From contig JAYOBT010000005.1 of assembly GCA_038105035.1 (NCBI GenBank), positions 12,676-76,675 on the forward strand: a stretch of 64,000 nt of DNA, given 5' to 3'. Shown in pieces: positions 1-9,302 of the stretch; position 1 is the stretch's first letter, and each line of letters begins with the position of its first letter. The stretch is from Candidatus Poseidoniales archaeon (GTDB taxonomy: Archaea > Thermoplasmatota > Poseidoniia > Poseidoniales > Poseidoniaceae). The position numbers and the translations under genes were made by a program. The notes under the pieces were generated by a model that did not search any database, had not been told where the DNA came from, and saw nothing but the letters and a program-made list of their open reading frames with translations.

Positions 1-524
1 TCAGCCCAGTTATCGCTACCATTCTCATGGTCGCTATCACTGTCGTTCTCTCCGGTGTCATCTATGTCTGGGCTTCTTCCCTTGCAGAGACTGGCAAGTT
101 GGGTGTTCCTCGAGTCACTTTCGACATCGAGAACAAGGAACTTGGAACTGAAGATGGTTTCTGGGCAATCACAGTTGATCAGACCGAAGCAGAGTTGGCC
201 ACAGCGGCTGTAACAGTCGTCGTGATCTACTCGGCATCTGATGGTGTTCGAACCTCGTACGAAACACTGCTCTCAAACACAAGCAACGTCTATGGATTCG
301 ATCCATCGAACAGCGATGCGTTTGTGACCTTCGTCGACAAGGTAGAGAACCAAGGTTCGTTCAAGGAATCAACCTTCGGAATCGGTGACCAAATCTTCGT
401 GCGCACGCACGCTGGTGGTGAAGCTCTTACTGATGTTACCATCCGTATCATCTACGAGCCAGGACCAGGCGAAGGATCTGTTATCAAGACCTACGAAGGA
501 CTTGACTACAACAAGATTGTTTGA
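1..524 (+). CDS. archaeal type IV pilin-like protein (class III signal peptide, Pilin_N/DUF1628-like); 5' end outside window
   Basis: Frame 3 is open from base 3. It reads SPVIATILMVAITVVLSGVIYVW, the conserved hydrophobic N-terminus of archaeal type IV pilins. The ORF track shows only the part from the internal Met at 27. Stop at 522-524. Confidence 0.6.
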   Translation, partial: SPVIATILMVAITVVLSGVIYVWASSLAETGKLGVPRVTFDIENKELGTEDGFWAITVDQTEAELATAAVTVVVIYSASDGVRTSYETLLSNTSNVYGFDPSNSDAFVTFVDKVENQGSFKESTFGIGDQIFVRTHAGGEALTDVTIRIIYEPGPGEGSVIKTYEGLDYNKIV

Positions 525-551
525 GATTGGGAACGACTGAGAACAGTTGAT

Positions 552-579
552 GGGCCGGTGGCCTTACCGCCACCGGCCC
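552..579 (+). terminator. GC-rich hairpin downstream of the pilin-like gene
   Basis: GGGCCGGTGG-ccttaccg-CCACCGGCCC forms a perfect 10-bp stem with an 8-nt loop, 28 nt after the stop codon. Its role (terminator or RNA stabiliser) is not established. Confidence 0.3.
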
Positions 580-616
580 AATCTTCTGGAACCAAGCGAA
601 TGCTGTTAAGCAGGAG

Positions 617-1312
617 ATGCTAGCCATGGCTATGTCCACGGTCTGCAGATGCGTTGTTTTTGATTGCGATGGTGTCCTCGTGGACTCAGTGAGTTCATGG
701 AAAACGTTGCATGATGGCTTTGGTACAGACAACAGTAAGAATCTCTCACGATTCATTGCTGGTGAACTCACGGATGTTGAGTTTATGCGCTCTGATATTG
801 CCATGTGGAAAGCGATTCAAGATCCGATTCACAAGGATGAGCTGTTCCGGATGTATTCCGGAGTCACACTCATGGAGGGCACACGAGAAACTGTTCAGGC
901 GTTGCAAGATGCTGGTATCTACGTAGCCATCGTTAGTGCAGGAGTTGACTTGTTCGTGAGTAGCATTGCTGCCATGCTCAAAGTCGACGATTGGATTGCG
1001 AATGGTTTCGAATTTGATGCTGATGGATATCTCACTGATGACGGAATCTGTCGCCTTCACGCAAGTGGAAAAGGTGACGTGATCAATCGTTTGATGGATA
1101 TGCATGGGTTCAAGCCTGAAGAAGTCGTTTCGGTTGGTGACTCAGAAATGGATCTCTCGATGATGGTCCCAGGTAGTGGATTCATTGGCTTTAATCCGAG
1201 CCGTGAATCTTCACTCAATGCCTTTACCAATGCTGGCGTGCCTATCGTAACGGAAAAGAATCTTTCAGAAATCCTTGACCACATTGTATTGCCTTCAAGC
1301 GAAGGGAATTGA
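617..1312 (+). CDS. HAD-superfamily hydrolase, phosphoserine-phosphatase-like (HAD-IB)
   Basis: HAD motif I is VVFDCDGVLVD. Also present are IVSAG, a GKGDV lysine motif and GDSEMDLSMM (GDxxxD). AGGAG at 612-616 favours the in-frame ATG at 626 as the true start. Confidence 0.65.
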   Translation: MLAMAMSTVCRCVVFDCDGVLVDSVSSWKTLHDGFGTDNSKNLSRFIAGELTDVEFMRSDIAMWKAIQDPIHKDELFRMYSGVTLMEGTRETVQALQDAGIYVAIVSAGVDLFVSSIAAMLKVDDWIANGFEFDADGYLTDDGICRLHASGKGDVINRLMDMHGFKPEEVVSVGDSEMDLSMMVPGSGFIGFNPSRESSLNAFTNAGVPIVTEKNLSEILDHIVLPSSEGN

Positions 1313-2902
1313 TGTTGATTTGTGTGATTGTAAGTTCACAATTGTGAGCATGCACGGTTTCGGTTGAAATCCGAGCATCTTCTGATACGATGTCTGATCT
1401 TGCCATGTGGACGAGCAAACAAGTGTTGTTCCTCGGAAGTCCAAGCATGCATGGCCATGGACGTGACCGGTAACGAAAATGTCCGGAACTTCTCGAATGA
1501 CAAGACCATCTTCAATTTCTGGTGATAATGGGGTCTTACCCCCCCATTGCGGGGCTAAATGACGCCTTCTGAGCATCTGTCGCATAGCTTCAACTGGTTC
1601 TGAATAGGTGACTGTCCGTAAGCCAGCCACGAAGTCATCGATCGATTTTCCATGATAGGAAAGAAGGCGAACATCGTGCAATGAAAAATCACAAGGATTA
1701 CCAACAAAAGTCGTTTGGTTGTAGTCTTGTTGAATGTCCTTTTCGAAAGTTGGTTGTGGTTCTGCGGGCCGAACTGCATCGTGATTTCCAGGGAGCATGA
1801 CACATTCAACCCAATCAGGAAGAAGTTCCAGTAACCTCGCAAATTCACTGTACTGGCCAAACAAATCTGGAATAGCAAGTTCTTTGTCTTGGCCAGGATA
1901 GATACCTACCCCATCCACACAATCTCCACTCAAGATGAGATACTTGATGGTCTTCGCTAACGGATCTGTATGGAACCATCGGACCATTTTGTGCCATTGT
2001 GCTTCAAGAAACGTCTTTGATCCGACATGGATATCGGACAAGAAGGCCACACTTACACCGATTTCAGCGCTCTTCTTTTCGTGTCGATCTTTCATAGGGA
2101 AGTGCAAATCATCAACATAGAAGATATCACCTGTCTGTGAGAATGATCCGCTTACGCCAAGCACATCATCTGGCATTAGCCCAGCCTCAACAACCTGTTC
2201 ATGCATTCGATCACGGTCATCACCCTGGCGAATGGTGAGCAAACAATTCATTTCACCCGTTTCATCTTCAAGACCAAACATGAGATGCCCATTCTTTGTA
2301 TGGCGTGGTTCATTCACCAAACCGATCGCTACTGCTAGGTTCTCATAGCCCTGATATCGCCGATATTCAACGTTCAATCGTGCAATTTCTTGTGGTTTTC
2401 TAGGAAGCCTCGAATTTTTGATGATCATCTTTCGGATGCTCTCTAAACGATCATTGAAGCACGCTTGTATATGTCCCATCTTACCTTCAGTTGTGCTGTT
2501 TCCAGTGATATCATAGTGGACAAAGATGTCATTGTCAACATCTGTTGCAATCCCCGAAAAATCTCGTTCTTTCCAATCTGGAAGATTGTTTCTGTATTGA
2601 ATTTGAACGGGTTCAGGTTCCTTGATTGGAGCAATCGTTCGTCCTATTGAAACAGGTTGTTTTTCAGAATCGTCCGAACCTTTTGGAGAAGATTCTTGAA
2701 TCATTTTGTTGAGAATGTCGACGGATAACATCCCGCGTTCAAACCCTACATTCGATGCTTGATTCAGTACCTTCAACGGATCCTCGAGGGCGAGCAACAT
2801 CTCTTTGACACCCGTGGTAACGAGCATCCCCCGTTTCATTAATTCCTGCGAAATTACCCCCCATTCCGCAGTCATGATGTCCAATGGGGGGCGACCCTCC
2901 AA
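1295..2902 (-). CDS. polB: DNA polymerase II (PolD) small subunit DP1
   Basis: Calcineurin-like phosphoesterase motifs typical of archaeal DP1: FLSDIHVGSK, LILSGDCVDGVGIYPGQ, LPGNHDAVR, VTGHVHG. The size (535 aa) fits. Confidence 0.9.
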   Translation of the reverse strand: MEGRPPLDIMTAEWGVISQELMKRGMLVTTGVKEMLLALEDPLKVLNQASNVGFERGMLSVDILNKMIQESSPKGSDDSEKQPVSIGRTIAPIKEPEPVQIQYRNNLPDWKERDFSGIATDVDNDIFVHYDITGNSTTEGKMGHIQACFNDRLESIRKMIIKNSRLPRKPQEIARLNVEYRRYQGYENLAVAIGLVNEPRHTKNGHLMFGLEDETGEMNCLLTIRQGDDRDRMHEQVVEAGLMPDDVLGVSGSFSQTGDIFYVDDLHFPMKDRHEKKSAEIGVSVAFLSDIHVGSKTFLEAQWHKMVRWFHTDPLAKTIKYLILSGDCVDGVGIYPGQDKELAIPDLFGQYSEFARLLELLPDWVECVMLPGNHDAVRPAEPQPTFEKDIQQDYNQTTFVGNPCDFSLHDVRLLSYHGKSIDDFVAGLRTVTYSEPVEAMRQMLRRRHLAPQWGGKTPLSPEIEDGLVIREVPDIFVTGHVHGHACLDFRGTTLVCSSTWQDQTSYQKMLGFQPKPCMLTIVNLQSHKSTSIPFA

Positions 2903-2914
2903 AAGGCTTCATGT

Positions 2915-3637
2915 TCATTCGTTTGCTGAATCACTCGACCATTCAACATCCGTTCCAAGGTTCGAATCAGGATTATCGACAGAATCACCGGACCATGACT
3001 GAGATTGCCATTCCGCTGATTCAGCCGCAGCGGCAGCTCTCTGATTTCTTGCTATTTCTTCTAGTGCCTTGAGCCGGGCTTGTTCTTCCCGCTGCTTTAT
3101 TTCGTCTTTGAGGGATTGTTCTGCGAGTTCCATGGCTTGATCCCAGTGACGGATGGCCGTGAGTAGAGCGAAATGAACGAATCCTTGCTTGTTTTCTTGG
3201 CGGCTACCACCAATTTGGGTTGCTTCTGCAATGGCCCATGTTTTTGATGCGATACCAACGTAAACGAATCCAACTTTTTTCTTTGTACCATCGTTGCTTG
3301 GACCTGCAATTCCAGTGATCGAAATGGCAATGTCTGCATTGGCCCGGGCGAGTGCTCCTTGTGCCATCTGGATCGCAACTTCTGCGGATACCGCTCCTCG
3401 CTTTTCGAGCGTTTTAGGATCTACATTCAACTCGCGCATTTTTGCATCATACGAGTATGTGACCCAGGATTGATTGAACCATTTGCTTGCGCCTGCAATA
3501 TCGGTGAGAGTACTCGCCAACAAACCTCCTGTGCAAGACTCGGCAATGGTAATTGTGTACCCGTCCTTGAGACGGCGAACCAACCGGGCCGCAGCGGCTT
3601 GAGCCTCTTCGTCCATTGTTTGACCGTGATTCCACAT
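2915..3637 (-). CDS. CinA C-terminal-domain / nicotinamide-nucleotide amidase (PncC-like) protein with a ~75-aa C-terminal extension
   Basis: ITIAESCTGGLLASTLTDIAGASKWF ... ISITGIAGP is the CinA/PncC signature. The gene lies 13 nt upstream of polB on the same strand. Confidence 0.75.
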   Translation of the reverse strand: MWNHGQTMDEEAQAAAARLVRRLKDGYTITIAESCTGGLLASTLTDIAGASKWFNQSWVTYSYDAKMRELNVDPKTLEKRGAVSAEVAIQMAQGALARANADIAISITGIAGPSNDGTKKKVGFVYVGIASKTWAIAEATQIGGSRQENKQGFVHFALLTAIRHWDQAMELAEQSLKDEIKQREEQARLKALEEIARNQRAAAAAESAEWQSQSWSGDSVDNPDSNLGTDVEWSSDSANE

Positions 3638-3666
3638 CGGTTTTGAGGTTATTGCATTGCCAAGCG

Positions 3667-3675
3667 TTTCAAATA
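3667..3675 (+). promoter_or_regulatory. candidate TATA box for tRNA-Val
   Basis: TTTCAAATA is centred about 25 nt upstream of the tRNA 5' end. The same TTCAAAT core occurs upstream of the tRNA-Met gene. Confidence 0.3.
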
Positions 3676-3696
3676 CGTCACCAACAACGGAAGGTT

Positions 3697-3770
3697 GGGT
3701 CTGTGGTCTAGGGGTTTATGACGTCGCCCTTACAAGGCGAAGATCGAGGGTTCAATTCCCTCCGGACCCA
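3697..3770 (+). tRNA. tRNA-Val (anticodon TAC)
   Basis: Manual cloverleaf. Acceptor GGGTCTG/CGGACCC; anticodon stem TCGCC/GGCGA with loop CTTACAA; T arm GAGGG-TTCAATT-CCCTC; discriminator A. No encoded CCA. Confidence 0.85.
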
Positions 3771-4076
3771 CTACCACAGGTGTTCCTCAAGAGAACTGTC
3801 ATCGCTAGAAATGACCTTCGTAATTCCACTTTTTATTCGAATTTCTTCGGCATTTTGCCCACTTGACACGAGCATCAAATGTACTGCCCGTCTCCATAAT
3901 CCATCATCAGGATGTGAATCACGATGATCAACAGCAACCAGTATACCATCCAACTCTGCAAACATGAGTGCTCCAAGAGCGTCTTTGATTTCGTCTTGGT
4001 GAAGCAAAATCCACCGAGCTCCTTTCATCTCTTCTCGGACATTGTCGCCGAGTTCCGAGAAGCGAACAATCTTCAT
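3771..4076 (-). CDS. small conserved-looking protein, possibly Roadblock/LC7 (MglB-like) domain
   Basis: IKDALGALMFAELDGILVAVDH resembles the Roadblock/LC7 core (gv.ga.lv..dGl.va). The start is 3 nt after the pelota stop, so the two are probably co-transcribed. The assignment is tentative. Confidence 0.35.
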   Translation of the reverse strand: MKIVRFSELGDNVREEMKGARWILLHQDEIKDALGALMFAELDGILVAVDHRDSHPDDGLWRRAVHLMLVSSGQNAEEIRIKSGITKVISSDDSSLEEHLW

Positions 4077-4079
4077 GTT

Positions 4080-5144
4080 TTACACCATTTTGTAACGAAG
4101 TAAGGCTACGACACCGCCTAACCCGAGGAGTTGCTCTCCTGCATCATGTTCAGTTGAGCATTGGACCAACTTTCCACCAATATCATCGAGTCCACGAATC
4201 CAATGGCTTAACTTCACACCATCAATCTCTGTTTGTTCATCTCGAAGCAAATCAATAGCGACGAGCAACGTTTCAATCGCACCTTCTTCCATAGCGCGAA
4301 CAAGGTCTAAGTGTCCGTAGGCTACTGCACCATTGGAACTAATTCTTGCCCAGACTTCCTCGAGCAACTGGATTTCTTTGTTGATCGCAAAATCTTGTAA
4401 GAACTCGTTTGCTAAGCCCTCTCGAATGATTTCATTGGCTCCTGCTCGACCAGCCATCGATGTTGCAATTAAGCGGAGTGACCGTTCAGGTTCGATATCA
4501 AGAATAACGGTCTTGAGTTTTTCACGAGCGTGACCCGGGCCGCAGAGAATCATCGGCAATTCAGACGACGTTGCAGCAAGAATCTCTTTCGCAACTTGCT
4601 TTTGGAACGACTGGGCAACACTCTCGCTCATTCGAACATCACCCCGCTTACCTCCGCCGCGCATTGTCCATGTTGCCCCCTCTCGAAGTCCTCTTGCAGT
4701 GATTTCAAAGAGAATGATTTCATCGTGCTCAACAACAACTACCGCAATGTTGCTTTTGTTGGAGGAATCGACTGCATCATTGAGGAGCGTTGTATCAAAA
4801 TCTGGAAAAGGTTCGTTTGCAATCAACTCAATGTCATCTCCCACCTCGATGAGATGGGTATGATGTGATCCGATATCCATCGGAGCCTGGACAATCGTTC
4901 CGTGTGCTCGGAGGATGCCAGAATAGGACTGATACTCTGTCGATAAAATGCGCAACTCAATCCACATTTTCTTTCGTTCAGCAGCTTTCGCTCGAGAACC
5001 TGATTCTGCCGTCGTTGTATCACGACGCTCACCGAGCATCGCAAGATGACGTCCATTGCTTGCCAGTCGAGCAAGAACCCACAAGTCATCCTCAGATTCA
5101 ATCCGAAGTTTCCACTGGTTCTCACCCCGATTGAGAATTTGCAT
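4080..5144 (-). CDS. pelA: mRNA surveillance protein Pelota (Dom34 homolog)
   Basis: The N-terminus MQILNRGENQWKLRIESEDDLWVLARL and an eRF1-like central/C-terminal region; 354 aa. Confidence 0.85.
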   Translation of the reverse strand: MQILNRGENQWKLRIESEDDLWVLARLASNGRHLAMLGERRDTTTAESGSRAKAAERKKMWIELRILSTEYQSYSGILRAHGTIVQAPMDIGSHHTHLIEVGDDIELIANEPFPDFDTTLLNDAVDSSNKSNIAVVVVEHDEIILFEITARGLREGATWTMRGGGKRGDVRMSESVAQSFQKQVAKEILAATSSELPMILCGPGHAREKLKTVILDIEPERSLRLIATSMAGRAGANEIIREGLANEFLQDFAINKEIQLLEEVWARISSNGAVAYGHLDLVRAMEEGAIETLLVAIDLLRDEQTEIDGVKLSHWIRGLDDIGGKLVQCSTEHDAGEQLLGLGGVVALLRYKMV

Positions 5145-5150
5145 CGATGT

Positions 5151-6884
5151 TCACCCGAAGACACCCTTGAGGTGTCCGTCCTCATCCATATCCATATCGT
5201 TGGCTGCAGGTCGTTTTGGAAGACCAGGCATCGTCATCATCGAGCCAAGTATGGCTACAACAAATCCTGCTCCTGCATTCAAACGGAATTCACGTACAGG
5301 CAAGTCAAATCCATTTGGAGCACCTAGCAGCCCCGCATCATGGGAAAACGAATACTGTGTTTTGGCCATGCACACCGGTAATGAACCGTATCCCCAATCT
5401 TGAATTTTCTTCAATTGGCGCATGGCTGCTGTTTCGATTTGAACACTGTTTGCACCGTACATACGTGTTGCGATAGCGCTGACCTTGTCCTCAATGGAAT
5501 CGTTTGGAGCAACGAGAGGAAGAAATGGACGTCCAGCAGCAACGTGGTCGTGAATCGCCTCAACAACGGCATTGGCAAGGTCTGACCCACCCTCGCCACC
5601 TTTGGCGTGGACTTCCGTTCGACAAACGCGAGCTGCACCACTTGCACGCGCAGCACTTTCAATGGCATCCAGTTCTGCCTCAGTATCACTCATGAATTGG
5701 TTGATAGAAACAACGACAGGGACACCGAATCTTGCCATATTTTTGATGTGTCGATCGAGGTTGGACGTGGCTCCAGAAATGACTGCTTGGACATTCTCAG
5801 TCTCAAGTTCTTCCTTTGAAGGTCGATATCCACCACGCTCACCAAACGCCTTACCATGCAACTTCATTGACCGGACGGTCACGTTCATCACGACACAATC
5901 GGGCGCTTTTCCAGAGGTATTGGCTTTGATGTGCATGAATTTTTCAGCACCCATATCACTGCCAAACCCTGCCTCTGTGACGACATAATCGGCACATGAT
6001 AATGCAATTCGGTCGGCGACGATGGATGAATTACCGTGAGCAATGTTGGCAAAAGGTCCTCCATGAATAAACGCAGGATTACCTTCCAATGTTTGAACAA
6101 GGTTTGGCAAGAAAGCGTTCCGGAGGAGCAACGCCATGGCTCCAGCGGCTTCGATTTGTTCCGCTTTGATGGGATTTCCGTCCATCGATTCAGCGATGAC
6201 GATATCGCCGAGCCGCTTTCGCAGGTCAGCATAATCCCTTGCAAGGACGAGAATCGCCATGATTTCGGAAGCGGCTGTGATGTCGAACCGATCCTGGCGA
6301 ACATTACCGTTGGCTGGACCTCCTAATCCGATGACAACCTCTCGCAAGGAACGATCGTTCAAGTCAACCACTCGTGGCCAAAACACACGGTTCGTGTCGA
6401 TGTTGCATGCGTTTCCATGTTTGATGTGGTTGTCGATCAAGGAAGAGAGTAGGTTATGAGCAGATGTCACTGCATGGAGGTCCCCTGTAAAGTGGAGATT
6501 GATTTCTTCCATTGGAAGAACTTGCGATTGTCCTCCCCCTGCTGCGCCTCCTTTGATTCCAAACACAGGTCCCATCGAGGGTTCACGAATGACGCAAGTT
6601 GCATTCTTCCCGATATGGCACAGGGCTTGTGTCAAACCGATGGTTGTGACTGTTTTACCCTCACCAAACGGAGTGGGATTAACGGAGGTGACGAGGATAA
6701 GATTTCCTTTAGCAGAATCAAATCGTTGTTTCATACCTTCCCAGTTGAGTTTGGCCATGTACTTACCATGCGGTATCAACTCTCCAGAGGGGATGCCTAA
6801 CTTCCACGCAATGGTCTCAATGGGTTCCAGTTTGGCTGCTCGAGCAATCTCCAAATCACTTGCCATGAACCTCTGCATGTCCAT
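5151..6884 (-). CDS. fhs: formate--tetrahydrofolate ligase
   Basis: SDLEIARAAKLEPI...GKYMAKL...PTPFGEGKTVTTIGL plus the remaining conserved FTHFS blocks; 577 aa. Confidence 0.9.
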   Translation of the reverse strand: MDMQRFMASDLEIARAAKLEPIETIAWKLGIPSGELIPHGKYMAKLNWEGMKQRFDSAKGNLILVTSVNPTPFGEGKTVTTIGLTQALCHIGKNATCVIREPSMGPVFGIKGGAAGGGQSQVLPMEEINLHFTGDLHAVTSAHNLLSSLIDNHIKHGNACNIDTNRVFWPRVVDLNDRSLREVVIGLGGPANGNVRQDRFDITAASEIMAILVLARDYADLRKRLGDIVIAESMDGNPIKAEQIEAAGAMALLLRNAFLPNLVQTLEGNPAFIHGGPFANIAHGNSSIVADRIALSCADYVVTEAGFGSDMGAEKFMHIKANTSGKAPDCVVMNVTVRSMKLHGKAFGERGGYRPSKEELETENVQAVISGATSNLDRHIKNMARFGVPVVVSINQFMSDTEAELDAIESAARASGAARVCRTEVHAKGGEGGSDLANAVVEAIHDHVAAGRPFLPLVAPNDSIEDKVSAIATRMYGANSVQIETAAMRQLKKIQDWGYGSLPVCMAKTQYSFSHDAGLLGAPNGFDLPVREFRLNAGAGFVVAILGSMMTMPGLPKRPAANDMDMDEDGHLKGVFG

Positions 6885-6955
6885 TCGGCTATCAAATCAA
6901 CCCCTGTTACCAGGGCGAAACTCTCAATTTTCGAAGGGTTTCAATCCTACGGGTT

Positions 6956-8344
6956 TCACTCTTCCTTCATGGAACCGAGGTAGTCTGGTAGATCAACACC
7001 AGCCATCTTGGCTACATCATGGACAGGAGGCAATGAACGAATCAAGGAAGATACGAAGTTCGCAGTGCTTCCACCTTCGCCACCATTGCCTGAATCCCAA
7101 ACGGTGATCTTGTCGATTTGGAGGTTGGCGATGGCTTCGGTTTGCCGAGCAACAATCTCTTCAATCTTCTCAACCATCAAGAGCGTAGCAGCGGCCTTTA
7201 CATCGCCACCAGCACTTGCAACGAGTTGCTTGTAACCGTTCGCCTTTGCTTCAAGGACCGCCTTGGTACCCTCTGCTTCTGCGTTGTATCGAGCAAGAAC
7301 AGCATCTGCCTCACCTTGAGCGATGCGGCGTTGGCGCTCTGCTTCTGCTTCTGCAGCAATCTCAATCTGTGTCTTAGAGATCTCCTCACGGACGATTTCT
7401 TCAGCACGTAGACGCTCTTGTTCAAGGTTGTATTGAGCCTTTTGAACTTCCATTTCAGCAGTTCGTCGGGCGACTTCGGCTCGCTGCATTGCGGCTGCCT
7501 CTTTCTCTTCAAGGTCGGCTTGGTACGATGCGATTTCAGCACGGGACAAGTTTTCTCCTTGCACACCAGTTGCTTCCTGTTGTTGAACGAAAACACGACG
7601 ATCGACTTCAGCAGCTTTCTGTCCCTTTTGGGACTCAGCCACGTTTTGAGCGACCTGAACTTCACGGTCTCGATCAGCGTTTGCCTTACCAATTGCACCA
7701 TCACGCTCAGCGTTGGCCACGTCGACAAGAGCCTTGTTGACCGCACCAGCAGCAGCCTTCTTTCCGATGCTGTTGATGTAGTTGGATTCGTCAGTGATGT
7801 CAATGATGTTAACGTTGATGAGGTAAAGACCCAACTTGTGAAGTTCAGCACCAACGTTGTCACGAATGAGTTCGAGGAACGCATCACGGTCTTGGTTGAT
7901 TTGCTCAATGGTCAAACTTGCAACAGTCAAACGGAGTTGACCGAGGATGATTTCTTGCGCCATTGCTTCAATGTCGTTCTTTGTTAGGTGAAGCAATCGC
8001 TCAGCAGCGTTGTTCATGATGAGCGGATTTGTGCTGACACCAACCGTGAATGTCGATGGAACGTTGATACGGATATTTTGGAGTGAGAGAGCATTGTCAA
8101 GTGGGATAGAAATCGTCATTGGAATCAATGAGATTTTCTTGTACTCTTGAATCAATGGCCATACCATGACAGCACCACCATGGATACATCTCGAGGCTTT
8201 ACCACCTCGAATTCGTCCGTAGACAACGAGAATTTCGTCGGACGCACAACGCTTGTAGCGTGTTGCGACCAAAATTATTCCAAAGGCTGCGATAGCCAAT
8301 ACGCCAAAAACAATGAATACTGCCCAAAAACCTGCATCCGCCAT
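6956..8344 (-). CDS. flotillin-like SPFH/Band-7 protein (YqiK-like)
   Basis: An N-terminal TM helix and an SPFH domain, followed by a long Ala/Glu-rich coiled-coil flotillin region (AERDGAIGKANADRDREVQVAQ...). Confidence 0.85.
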   Translation of the reverse strand: MADAGFWAVFIVFGVLAIAAFGIILVATRYKRCASDEILVVYGRIRGGKASRCIHGGAVMVWPLIQEYKKISLIPMTISIPLDNALSLQNIRINVPSTFTVGVSTNPLIMNNAAERLLHLTKNDIEAMAQEIILGQLRLTVASLTIEQINQDRDAFLELIRDNVGAELHKLGLYLINVNIIDITDESNYINSIGKKAAAGAVNKALVDVANAERDGAIGKANADRDREVQVAQNVAESQKGQKAAEVDRRVFVQQQEATGVQGENLSRAEIASYQADLEEKEAAAMQRAEVARRTAEMEVQKAQYNLEQERLRAEEIVREEISKTQIEIAAEAEAERQRRIAQGEADAVLARYNAEAEGTKAVLEAKANGYKQLVASAGGDVKAAATLLMVEKIEEIVARQTEAIANLQIDKITVWDSGNGGEGGSTANFVSSLIRSLPPVHDVAKMAGVDLPDYLGSMKEE

Positions 8345-8403
8345 GGTTCAAAGTAGAGTTCGACGTTTTTAATCACTTTGCCTGCGCTCTATTTGCAGAA
8401 GAC

Positions 8404-9024
8404 TCACTCTTCGGACGAACCATCATCGAGGGGTACGACAATCATCGTCGATCCAATGATGTCGACAACTCGGATGAATTCTCCAGATGGAATCAACAAT
8501 GTCTTGTCTTGTGCCCTTGCCAGTAATGTCTTGAGTGTGCCATCGACAGGGACTTGGATTTCTCCAGTTTCGTTAGGCTTGATGCGAGAATAGACTTGGC
8601 CACGTTGACCAACAGCATCGTTGTAATTGATGGTGCCGTCTGCTTGCAATTGATTGATTCCATACATCATTTTCCCCATGCCGTACATACCTGCTGCAGC
8701 ACCGACGCCACCAGCCAAAACTGCAACGACATCGCTTCCAGTCGCAGACAAGCCAAACATACCAGTCAATCCAAACATCATGACTGCCACAGATAAACCT
8801 TGAACGCTCAGGATTTCAAAGGCGCCACCACCTGCGTCAATATCGAGGCCGATAGCATCGGTTACGCCACCGAGGACGTCCCCTACCATCATGAGAAGCA
8901 TCATGATAAAGAAGAGAATTCCGCCAAGAACCGCACAGCTCACAAAGATGATTTCCATTAACGAGGGTGCTTCGATTCCAACGAATTCTGTAATCATCTC
9001 AAATAAGGTCATGAATATCATCAA
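8404..9024 (-). CDS. NfeD-like / YqiJ-like membrane protein
   Basis: Multi-TM Gly-rich N-terminal half. The C-terminal OB-like segment GQRGQVYSRIKPNETGEIQVPVDGTLKTLLARA...GEFIRVVDIIGSTMIVVP is typical of NfeD partners of SPFH proteins. Confidence 0.55.
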   Translation of the reverse strand: MMIFMTLFEMITEFVGIEAPSLMEIIFVSCAVLGGILFFIMMLLMMVGDVLGGVTDAIGLDIDAGGGAFEILSVQGLSVAVMMFGLTGMFGLSATGSDVVAVLAGGVGAAAGMYGMGKMMYGINQLQADGTINYNDAVGQRGQVYSRIKPNETGEIQVPVDGTLKTLLARAQDKTLLIPSGEFIRVVDIIGSTMIVVPLDDGSSEE

Positions 9025-9034
9025 CCGCTAGTCA

Positions 9035-9286
9035 TTAATTGTCTTTTCCTGCAATTTGTTGTAATTTGTAGCGTTCTATTGCGACAATAATCGATAACGA
9101 GAGGCCAGAAAGGAGCGCTGAAACGATGTTCGGTAGGCCTGCAGCCCACAACAACAACCACACCCAAAGAGGCAGGAATAACATCAGTGTTCGGCGAATA
9201 AATGGCCAAAGGCCTCCAAAGAGTTCTTCTGAGCCTTCATCGATGGCGCGAATCGTTGTAACCGTTCCAGGGTCGACTGGTATCAT
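9035..9286 (-). CDS. small membrane protein (hypothetical)
   Basis: 83 aa with two predicted TM helices (LMLFLPLWVWLLLWAAG, ALLSGLSLSIIVAI). Same strand and tightly packed with the NfeD/flotillin genes. Confidence 0.4.
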   Translation of the reverse strand: MIPVDPGTVTTIRAIDEGSEELFGGLWPFIRRTLMLFLPLWVWLLLWAAGLPNIVSALLSGLSLSIIVAIERYKLQQIAGKDN

Positions 9287-9302
9287 ATCGTTCGCCCAAG
9301 AT

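Noticed and set aside
7198-7908. A 236-aa ORF on the minus strand inside the flotillin gene, in another frame.
   Set aside because: It lies entirely within the well-supported flotillin CDS. The product is Ser/Thr/Leu-rich low complexity, typical of a shadow frame of an Ala/Glu-rich coiled-coil region.
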